64,000 nt of DNA from positions 1 to 64,000 of the forward strand of contig NW_026867677.1 in NCBI RefSeq assembly GCF_020745735.1, in the 5' to 3' direction. Below are positions 33,691-43,625 of this stretch, piece after piece. The position numbers and the translations under genes were made by a program. The DNA is from Hemiscyllium ocellatum (Eukaryota). The notes under the pieces are model-generated. The model searched no databases. It was given only the letters and a program-made list of their open reading frames with translations, and was not told where the DNA came from. Position 1 is the stretch's first letter, and each line of letters begins with the position of its first letter.

Positions 33691-33948
33691 TCTCCCGCTG
33701 ATTACCATGTACTGTTCTCCCTCGGCTGATGAATCAGTCTCTCGGCCACGTTGAACACAGAGTGTACACTGGGTGGGGGACTTCAAACTGCACCAGCAAA
33801 AAGGAATTTTAACAAACGGCCATTCTTTTGTTAGGTTTGTTCTGTATTGGATACAAATGTTCAAACTACTAGTTCTGCTAGTTAATGTTTGGAGAGTTGA
33901 AAATCCTGCCAAATGGCAGGGACTAAAATTGGTTCTTTTGTCTTTCAG

Positions 33949-34257
33949 CCATGAGAACTCTCAGCTCAAGGTGACCCTGCTGCCCCCCTCCCCAGAGCAG
34001 GTCAATGCCAAGGGCACTGCCACCCTGGTGTGCCTTGCCAATCACTTCTATCCCGATGAGCTGGAGGTGCAGTGGAAGAAGGACGGTGCAGTCATTTCGG
34101 ACGGGGTTCAGACCAGCAACTACCTGCGAGCTGCGGACAGCACCTACAGTGTCAGCAGCCTGCTGACCCTCTCTGGGTCTGACTGGGAGGCCAACGCTCA
34201 CTTCTCCTGTGCCCTCACCCACGTGACCCTCCCCTCTCCCCTCAGCAAGAGCATCAG
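33949..34257 (+). pseudogene. IGKC: Orphan Ig kappa constant exon C2 (1-nt deletion at the acceptor, 19-nt deletion at the 3' end)
   Basis: About 95-97% identical to C1/C4. It has TTTCAG|CCATGAG versus TTTCAG|GCCATGAC in C4, so it is out of phase with J. It lacks GAGATCAGAATGTGTGTAG, losing RSECV* and reading on to TGA at 34340-34342. No V or J was seen upstream. Confidence 0.93.
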
Positions 34258-34780
34258 AGTGTTGGGGACAGTCCACAGAGGAGACACAACTTTAAATAGA
34301 ACAGGGCTGAGCTGGCAGGACAAAGGTCATTGTCAGCACTGAATTTCAACTCTCTTTCTTCTCAGGACTGGCTCAGAGACACTTCTGAGGTTCAGGGCTC
34401 ACGCCAGTTCATTGGGACAGTGGAGAAGGAGCTTTAATCTGAATCAAAACGTCGCTGTCCTTGACCAGTGAGTGTTTGATGAGAACAGGGATGACATGTG
34501 ATGCCACGTAAAATCATTTGAAGTTGCTGAAGACTGTCAGTTGTACAAAACAATGTGAACCTCAGAAGTCTCTGTTTCAGTAAACCAGATCTCCTTCCTG
34601 CTCAGCCGCCAGTTCCAATTTAAGGTTTTGTCACTGTTTAAAGGGACAGGATTCTCATGTTATTGAGAAAATCTCCGCAAGTGTTTTCCTCAGCCTCCAT
34701 TGTGACTATGAACGTGTACAACTTCCTCTGTCTGGGCTGTTTATTACAGTTTTTTCTGTTGATGACAACTTGGGAAAGGG

Positions 34781-34786
34781 AATAAA
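34781..34786 (+). terminator. Polyadenylation signal homolog of C2
   Basis: AATAAA in the same flanking context as 14753-14758. Confidence 0.6.
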
Positions 34787-35689
34787 CATGAAGATTCAGT
34801 CTCTGTCTTGTGAGTGCTTTGGAAATGTCCCACCGCCCCCTCAGGTGATTGGCAGAGTGTCAGCAAATGATTGTCATGATTGGCTGCTTGACCTGTCAAT
34901 GAATGACACATTGGCTGAAATTTGGACTGACAGCCAATCATCAATCATTTCCAAGTGATCCCTTTGTTTGGGAATCTGTTGAGTTTACTAGATTCCAAAC
35001 AAAACAGAAACTGAAAGCTGCTGGGGCTGAATCATTACAGTCTGAGACATTCCCTCTTCAAACTGTTGGTCCAGACTCAGCCGGTGTGATCGCACTGTGC
35101 CCTCTCTGCTGCTGGGTAACACCTGAAACGAACTTAGGCCAGTCACAGATGCTGGACGCTGCAGTCGTGACGTTCACTTCTCCCACCTGACCCTGTTCCT
35201 CACAGCGACAGCTCAAAACTGAACTGAGTGAGGTCTTAGTTCAGAGAGAGCATCAGTCAGGATCTCATGACATACATGCCCCTTATGGGTGTGACATTTA
35301 CCCAAAACTGTCTGTTGGTATGTTGGTCAGTGTGGGTGTGACTGTCATTCAATGCTGTCTGTAGGTGTGTGTCTGTCAGTGTGGGTCCCACTGTTACTGT
35401 AACAACTGCATAGAGGCCAGTAGCCCGTCATGTGGAGGGTCCTTGACACTGACCCAGCTCCTTCAGAGGCAGCTCTCAGAGCAAACAGGATGTCTGACAC
35501 TCCTGTTTCTTTCTGATGTGGTGTCGGACTGCGGTGGACAAGTCAGAATTCACACAACACCAGGTTATAGTTCACCAAGTTTATTTGAAATCAGGTTGCT
35601 GCTCCTTAGTCATGTGAAGAATTTCAAAAAAAAAATCTGTTGGACTATAATCTGGTGTCATTTGATGTGTGGCTCTGTTTATTTCTGTC

Positions 35690-36240
35690 AGCCATATCTC
35701 CCTGAATGGATCAGATTATCCACTCCAATCAGGGAATTCATATTCTGTTAGATCCACTTGGCTGACATACAAGCTTGCGGACAGTACAATCGGACACTCG
35801 GATCCTCTTTCCCAATCTCAGCCAGCTGGAGATGGTGGAGGGGAGGGGGAGCACATCCTGCTCAGGAGATGGAGCTGTATTCAATTGCCCAGCTCCTAGC
35901 CACCCAGTCTGTGAGCATACCATACAGTATAACTGATCACACACAGGTCTTTCTGATGGGGTACACAGCATGACCAGCCTGTGCTCTCTGCTTCCAACCA
36001 GAATGATGTAGGTTCAAGGACTGTGCCAGAGATTTGGGAATGGTGTTGTGCTTTAACATTGTGATGTACACAGGAAGGGGAATCCTGCTTTCTCACACGG
36101 ACAGACTTTTGGATAAGCCATTAACCCTGTCGAAACACCAGCCCTCTGAGATGAGTGGAAAACTTGCCTTGGGACTAATTTTGAAAAGCAGTGAAGGCCT
36201 CCAGTTGTCGACTGTCATTTGTTTCTCACAGCCCACCATC
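35690..36240 (+). mobile_element. Possible degenerate retroviral RNase H
   Basis: Across frames: ISLNGS (DGS-like), GAHPAQEMEL (AQxxEL), PYSITD (xTD) with RNase H-like spacing. Confidence 0.4.
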
Positions 36241-36250
36241 ATCTAGCAGT

Positions 36251-36485
36251 CTCCACCTCACTCCCCAGTCACGGAGCCTGGGCCCTGGGTCTCCACCTCA
36301 CTCCCCAGTCATGGAGCCTGGGCCCTGGGTCTCCCCCTCACTCCCCAGTCATGGAGCATGGGCCCTGGGTCTCCCCTCACTCCCCAGTCACGGAGCCTGG
36401 GCCTGAGTCTCCACCTCACTCTGCAGTCACGGAGTCTGGACCCTGGGTCTCCCCCTTACTCCCCAGTCATGCAGCCTGGATCTCC
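36251..36485. repeat. 40-bp minisatellite, about 6 units
   Basis: CTCCACCTCACTCCCCAGTCACGGAGCCTGGGCCCTGGGT repeats from 36251, 36291, 36331, 36371, 36409 and 36449. Confidence 0.92.
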
Positions 36486-36539
36486 CTCTGTTCCTACCCC
36501 CTCCCCCGTCACAGAGTCTGGGACCGAGTCATGAAGTAA

Positions 36540-37110
36540 CTCTCCGAGCCTTGAATGTGCCACCACAGGACAGCAAGGAAAATCCCAGTTGAAGGAGGGG
36601 ATGTCATGCTGGGCTACGTTGTCTGGAGGGAGCTGTTCAATATTGAATGGAACCAGCAGGAAAGGGCTGGACACCCAAGTCTCTGGGCCGTAAGCAAATG
36701 GGAATGGGACATGGTACGGGCAGATGCACAGAGATGGACAATCACATAGAGAAGACCAAACTAGAAATGAGACACTAATACACAGTAGGTGGAGTATAAA
36801 GACAGAAAGTGGAAGGTCATGCACTTCAGTACGCATAATCAAAATACAGATTATTATTTAAATGGAGAGAGATTCCAACAAAGTGCAGTGCAGAGGGATC
36901 TGGGTGTTTTTCTGCAAGAAACACAAAAAGTTAGTGCAGGTGCAGCAAGTCATTGAGAAGGTGAATGGAATTGAGGCCTTTATTGCTTGGCTTGGAATGT
37001 TAAAGTAGAGAAACCTTGTTATAACTGTACAAGGTGTTCGTGAGTCTGCACGTGGAGTACTGTGTGCAGTTTTGGTCCCTGTACTTACGAAAGCATGGAC
37101 TGGCATTGCA
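36540..37110 (+). mobile_element. CR1 LINE fragment
   Basis: GTGCAGTGCAGAGGGATCTGGGTG...GCACGTGGAGTACTGTGTGCAGTTTTGGTCCC. Confidence 0.8.
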
Positions 37111-37293
37111 GTCCTCCTCCTGCTCCTATTTCCCATGGTCTTGTGTGCTCCAGTGCCATTCCCTCAGAGAGAACTGGTTTGGAGACTGCCTGCAGTAGCA
37201 GCCTCCAGCCTCTGGGTGGTGCCTTGCCCAGCCTCCTGATTCCTCTCTGTATCCAAGGAACAGGAGATTCGACATTTCGGGCATAAGCCCTTC

Positions 37294-37327
37294 TTCCTGA
37301 GGAAGGGCTTATGCCCGAAATGTCGAA
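37294..37327 (+). ncRNA. Core-complete minimal hammerhead motif inside a 43-bp perfect palindrome
   Basis: TTC-CTGAGGA-A-GGGC TTAT GCCC-GAAA-TGTC-GAA. Arms 37251-37293 and 37302-37344 are exact reverse complements. Confidence 0.7.
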
Positions 37328-40058
37328 TCTCCTGTTCCTTGGATGCTGCCTGACCTGCTGCGCTTTTTCAGCAACACATTTTCAGCTCTGATCTCCAGCA
37401 TCTGCAGACCTCACTTTCTCCTCCCAATTCCTCTCCCCAGTCTCCTGCTGCAGCAGGTGGGGCGGTGATATAATGGACCACTCAGTTATCCTCAATCCCT
37501 CCCCCATCTCCCAAACTCTCCAGTCTGGCCTTCCACCTCATGACTGGCAGCTGTGCCTTCAGTCTCCCAGGCCCTCAGCACGGGGATTTCCACTACAAAC
37601 CCCTCTCACTTCTTCAAATGAGCTCTTTGTCTTCTTTTGGTCATCAGCAAAAACACTGTATGTGCCCAACTTTTGGTTGGTTCCTACATTAAAGATGTTA
37701 TGTCAATACAAATTGTTATTGTTGCTATTACTGACTAGAAGTCATTTATTGACAGGTTTCACTGATATAAAAGGAAAGGGAGTGACCACTGGCTGTGGAG
37801 AGGTGATCATTTTCAGCCAGCTGTACCATCACCACCAGCTCACCAAACTTCCTTGAGATAGCACCTTCCAAACCCACCAATAGTTCCATCTCAAAGAATA
37901 GGGGCAACAGACATATAAGGACACCACACCCTGAAACAGCCCCTTCCGTTCACTCACCACCCTGACTTGGAAATATATCATTATTCCTTCACTGTCACTG
38001 GGAAAAAAAATCTGGAATTCCCTCCCAAAGAGCATTGTGGGTCTTTCTACAGTACATGGACTGCAGCAGTTCAAGAAGGCAGTGCACCACCACCTTCACA
38101 GGGCAGCTAGAGATGGGTATAAAATGCCAGCAAAACCAGTGATGCCCACATCTCATGAATGAATTTTAAGAAGCCCCTTTGCTTTGCCATCTCCCTCCTA
38201 CCCAGCCAATACTCAGGCCTCACTGACTGCTTGGGTTTTATTTTCCAGCCTCTTCCATTCTCTAGCCCCAATGTCTTGGTCAATAGCTCACTGTTATTGT
38301 GGGAGCCTGCTGAGAGTAAATGGGCTGATGCATTCCCCACATTACAACATTGTCTCCACATCAGAAGTATCCCATTGACTGTAAGCAGCATTGAACATCA
38401 TGAGCTCATGAATGGTGTAACAGAAATACAATTCTCTCTCCTTTTTGTTTCCTCTCCATGCCTTCCCATCTGTCTCCGCACAACATCCCTCCCTTGTTTA
38501 AAATCTAGACTGGCTCCTACTTCTCTGGGAAACATTACACTGCGACAACATTTGAGACTGATGACCACCTTCTCGGTGGGCTTTGAGTGTGAAGGTCAAT
38601 AACACTCTTATTGGGACTTGATCTGGGTTGTCTCCAGTCAGTCAGTGTTATTGTTCTGGGGCCAGACAGTACTGACCAACCTTAGACCCTGTGATCTGAT
38701 TGAGATGGAGGGTGAGCTGTACCGGGTATTGACACACAGGTCAGTATAGTGAAGCAGGGATTACCCATTTCACAAGAAAGTAAATGGAATTAACAAACCA
38801 GGTGCTGTCAAGCCCCTCCCTGATGCTGAGAGAGTTGGGGGACAGGAACAGTCACATCCTCAGACAGAAAGGATGCTCAAAATGGCATGGCCCCAAAGAG
38901 GGAGGGGAGAGGAACAACTACACTCCCCTGAGAGAGAGGGGACAGTTACAGTGACACTCTCCAGAGAAAGGAGACAGTAACTGTCTGTTAACCAATTTCT
39001 TGTTATGTTCTGATGAATGACCTTGGGAAGTTGGTTTGGTTTATATTTTCTCAGTTGTATTTGGCTTTGATGAGGTGATTCGGGAACAAGGATTCCAATT
39101 CTATATTTCATGTGGCAGTAGATCTACTGAAGGTCATCCTTTCATTTGGAGGTTGCCCAGGTGTCTGTCCAGGCTGATACAGCATGGTCTACCAGTGCTG
39201 CTCCTATTGGGCTAAACCATCACACACGAGGGAATCTGACAGGCACCTTCTCTTTGTGCTGGCAAAGGGAGGGATTTGCTTTTGCTGCAAATGGCGGCCA
39301 AAGAAATGGGTCAGTGGAGGTAGTTTTCCTTGAAAGTGGACGTAGTGGGATACAAATTCATAAACCCACCCACTCCGTTACATGGTGTTGAAGACACACT
39401 GTCCTCATCAAAACATGTTTGCAAAGCTCTTCATAACACGTAAGGGGAGAGAAACATTGAAAACTGTGTTATCACGCGTGAGGGTCCATTAACAACTAGG
39501 ACCAAGATGTTAAATGATCCCGGCACTGACATATTTCCATCTTTAGTTTGTTAAGCAATATTAAAATGTCTGTGATCAGAAAGAAAAACCAAAACATTGT
39601 GCACATTATTGAACAGGCCCCTACACCTGGGCCTGAGGCAGGAGCCCAAGCTCCAACACACTGGCCTCACTTCACACCAACCTTCACACAGTGTGGGGTC
39701 ATGAACTCCGACCACCAATCCCTCAGGGACCGGGACGGAGTGAGGGAACAGGGACAATGTAGAAGAGGCAATAAGGAGTAAAGCAAGATGGAGAGGGTGT
39801 TTTGGAAAGGGGTTAGAGGAGGAAATATACTTTGTCCCTCTCAGTACTGACATTGTCTATGTGTATCAGAGAATGAATAAAAAAACACACTTTGAAGACA
39901 AACAAATCACAGAGGACATTTCATTTGGGTGTGATAAATATCCTGGTTCAGAAGCTTTCCCCCCCGCCCTCTCTCTCTCTCCTCATTTCTCCAGATTGAA
40001 CCGGTTCGACCCGAGCAGGGCCCCAGTTCATTTGTTCTGTTCAGGGTCAGTGAAACAG

Positions 40059-40072
40059 CTGCCCTCTAGTGG
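40059..40072 (-). promoter_or_regulatory. CTCF core motif (reverse orientation) in duplicated CpG-retaining element
   Basis: + strand CTGCCCTCTAGTGG = CCACTAGAGGGCAG on -, a 14/14 fit to the CCASYAGRKGGCRS consensus. Confidence 0.7.
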
Positions 40073-40459
40073 CTATAGAGTGCTGGTACCGCTGCTGAGA
40101 ACCACGCGTCAAGTCCTGGGCTATGAGCATCTGAACGAAACAGCAGCCATTCCGGTGGATTCCAGTGGGAATGAATTATCAGTTGTTTCGGCCTGGTTCC
40201 CCAGTCAGTCAGTCAGGCCATGGCTGACCTGGAACATATTCCCACTTAATTCTGTAACACTTACCTTCCTGAGTAAATGAAAATTCGAGAGTAGACAGAC
40301 ACAAGACAGAGCGAGGGCTCAGAGAACACAGAGAGCTTTCACTCTGCACAGCAAGGCTGTCACAGGAAACATCTGGTGAAAGGCTTGGAAGGAGGTGGGA
40401 GGAGAGAGGCATGGGAAAAGAGACCTGACAATTCAAAGTAAAAGCTCAACGCATTTTTT

Positions 40460-40684
40460 TTTAGATTACTTACAGTGTGGAAACAGGCCCTTCGGCCCAA
40501 CAAATCCACGCCTAACACTATGGGCAATTTAGCGTGGCCAATTCACCTAACCTGCACATTTTTGGATTGTGGGAGGAAACCAGAGCACCCGGAGTAAACC
40601 CACGCAGACACGGGGAGAATGTGCAAACTCCACACAGAGAGTAGCCTGAGGTGGGAATTGAATACTGTGCCACCGTGCCGCCCA
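40460..40684 (-). mobile_element. HE1-like SINE with internal deletion
   Basis: TTAGATTACTTACAGTGTGGAAACAGGCCC...TACTGTGCCACCGTGCCGCCC. Confidence 0.85.
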
Positions 40685-40899
40685 CATATTGCCATCATCT
40701 AATGAATTAATGTGAGAGGATTAGAGACCCATGACAGCGAGAGTGTGGTGGACCAGAGGCTCAAAGGCAGACAGCAAAGAGCTGCATTATTCCTTCTCGG
40801 GGCATTAATGTAATTGACAAGCCTCATGTTTATTGCCATCTCCAGCTGCTCGGACTGAGTTCTTTACTGAGGATAGTCATAGGGCCGTTAAGAATGAAT

Positions 40900-43215
40900 C
40901 ATGTCACTGTGGGACTGGGGTCACAGACCGGGTGATGACTGGGATCCCTTGCCTAAAGAACATTTGTGAACATGACATTGAGTTTCATGGTTTTTGTTTG
41001 TACCCATCCCAGCACCTTCCTTCCCAGAATGGGAAGGCCACGTTGGGTTTGGTGCTGGTTAATGAAACTGGCCAGTTATTAGATTTGGAGGTAGGTGAGC
41101 ACTTTGATGATAGTGACCACAATTTGGTTTTGTTTACCAGACCAATGGAAAGAGATAGATATATACTGCAGGGCAAAGGTTATTGGTGGAGGACAGGCTA
41201 CTATGATGCGATTAGGCAAGATTTAGGATGAATAGGATCGGGGAAGGAAACTGCAGGGGATGGGCCCAACTGAAATGTGGAGCTTATTCACGGAACAAGT
41301 ATGCACCTGTCAAGCAGGAAGCAAGTGGCCGAGCGAGGGAGCTGTGGTTTACGAAAGAAGTTGAATCTTTTGTCAAGAGGAAGAAGGAGGTTATGTTAGG
41401 ATGAGACCTGAAGGCTCAGTTTGGGTGCTTGAGAGTTACAAGTTAGCCAGGAAAGACCAAAAGAGAGAGCTAGGAAGCCAGGAAGGGACATGAGATGTTG
41501 TTGGTGGATAGGATTAAGGATAATGCGAAAGCTTTGTATAGGTATATCAGGAATAAAAGAATGACTGGAGAAAGATTAGGGCCAATCAAAGAGAGTAGTA
41601 GAAAGTTGTACGTGGAGTGCAAAGAGATGGGGAAGTGCTAATGAATATTTTTCTTCAGTATTCACACTGGAAAAAGACAACGTTATCAAGGAGAATACTG
41701 GGATACAGGTTACTAGACTGACAGGATTGACATTGACAAGGAGGAGGTACTAGCAATTCTGGAAAGTGTGAAAATAGATAAGTCCCCTGGGCTGGGTGGG
41801 ATTTATCCTGGGATTCTCTGGGAAGCCAGGAGGTTACAGAGACCTTACCTTTGATCTTTATGTTGTCATTGTCTATAGGAATAGTGCCAGAAGACTGGAG
41901 GATAGCAAATGTTGTCCCCTTGTTTAAGAAGTGGAGTAGAGACAACCCTGGTAATTATAGACCAGTGAGCCTTACTTCAGTTGTGGGTAAAATGTTGGAA
42001 AAGGTTAGTAGAGATAGGATTTATAGTCATCTAGAAAGGAATAAATTGATTAGGGATAGTCAACACGGTAGATCGGGTCTCACAAACCTTATTGAGTTCT
42101 TTGAGAAGGTGACCAAACAGGTGCATGAGGGTAAAGTGGTTGATGTGGTGGATATGCACTTCAGTAAGGCATTGGATAAGGTTCCCCACGATAGACTATT
42201 GCACAAAATACAGAGGCATGGGATTGAGGGTGATTTAGCGGTTTTATCAGAAGTTGGCTAGCTGAAAGAAGACAGAACATGGTTATTGATGGATAATGTT
42301 CATCCTGGAGTTTAGTTACTAGTGGTGTAACGCAAACATTTCTTTTGGGACCACTGCTGTTTGTCATTTTTATAAATTACCTGAATGAGGGCATAGAAGG
42401 ATGGGTGAATAAATTTGCGGATGACTCTGAGGTTTGTGGAGTTGTGGATAGTGCTGAAGGATATTGCAGGTTACACAGAGACATGGATAAGCTGCAGAGC
42501 TGGGTTGAGAGGTGGGAAATGCAGAGTTTAATGCAGAAAAATGTGAGGTGATTCACTTTGAAAGGAGCAATAGGAATAAAGAGCACTGGGCTAATGGTAA
42601 GGTGCTTAGTAGTGTAGATGAGCAGAGAGATCTCAGTGTCCATGTACACAGATCCTTGAAAGTTGCCATCCAGTTTGATAGGGTGGTTAAGAAGGCTTAT
42701 GGTGGGTTAACTTTTATTGGTAGAGAGATTGGATTTAGGAGCCATGAGATCATGTTGCAGCTGTACAAAACTCTGGTGTGGCCACAATTGGAGTATTTCA
42801 TTCAGTTGTTGTCACCACATTAAAAAAAGGATGTGGGAATTTAAGAATTCAGAGGAAATATAATAGGATGTTGCCTGGCATGGAGGGAAGGCGTTATGAG
42901 GAAAGGATGGGGGACTTGTGGCTGTTTTTGTTAGAGAGAAGAAGGTTGAGAGTTGCCTTAATTGCGATACACTAAGATAATCACAAGGTTATATAGGGTG
43001 GACAGTGAGAGCCTTTTTCCTCAGATGCTGAGAGGACATAGGTTTAAATTGAGGGGTGATAGATATAGGAGAGATGTCAGAAGTAGTTTCTTTACTCAGA
43101 GACTAGTAGGGGCATGGAATGCACAGCCTGCAACAGTAGCAGACTCGCCAACACTAAGGGCAATTAAATGGTCACGGGATAAACATATGGATGAAAATGG
43201 AATAGTGTAGGATAG
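40900..43215 (+). mobile_element. Long CR1 LINE ORF2 (endonuclease end, RT, 3' end), degenerate
   Basis: GIVPEDWRIANVVPLFKKWSRDNPGNYRPVSLTSVVGKMLE...DFSKALDKVPH; GPLLFVIFINYL...NKFADDSEV. Confidence 0.92.
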
Positions 43216-43234
43216 ATGGGCTTCAGAATAGTTC

Positions 43235-43625
43235 TGAAAATGTGTTGCTGGTTAAAGCACAGCAGGCTAGGCAGCATCCAAGGAACAGGAAATTCGACGT
43301 TTCGGGCCAGAGCCCTTCACCAGGAATGAGGAGAGTGTGCCAGGCAGGCTAAGATAAAAGGTAGGGAGGAGGGACTTGGGGGACGGGCGATGGAGATGTG
43401 ATAGGTGGAAGGAGGTCACGGTGAGGGTGATAGGCCGGAGTGGGGTGGGGACGGAGAGGTCAGGAAGAAGATTGCAGGTTAGGAGGGTGGTGCTGAGTTC
43501 GAGGGAATCGACTGAGACAAGGTGGGGGGAGGGGAAATGAGGAAACTGGAGAAATCTGAGTTCATCCCTTGTGGTTGGAGGGTTCCCAGGCAGAAGAAGA
43601 GAATAGTTCCCCAGGTCGGTGCAAC
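43235..43625 (-). mobile_element. Penelope-like element 3' end with near-intact hammerhead (43296-43323)
   Basis: GIY-YIG C-terminus LFFCLGTLQPQGMNSDFSSF, then ATTC-CTGGTGA-A-GGGC TCTG GCCC-GAAACGTC-GAAT. Confidence 0.85.

Noticed and set aside
14230-33940. Search for a V or J belonging to C2
   Set aside because: No WYQQ/YYC V frame, GGTTTTTGT nonamer with heptamer, or FGXG segment was found by eye; C2 is treated as an orphan.
33773-33948. Hydrophobic in-frame extension upstream of C2 in the 189-aa ORF, suggesting a leader-C protein
   Set aside because: It is the homologous intron end read through by chance because of the 1-nt acceptor deletion; the ORF start is a non-ATG codon and no promoter was seen.
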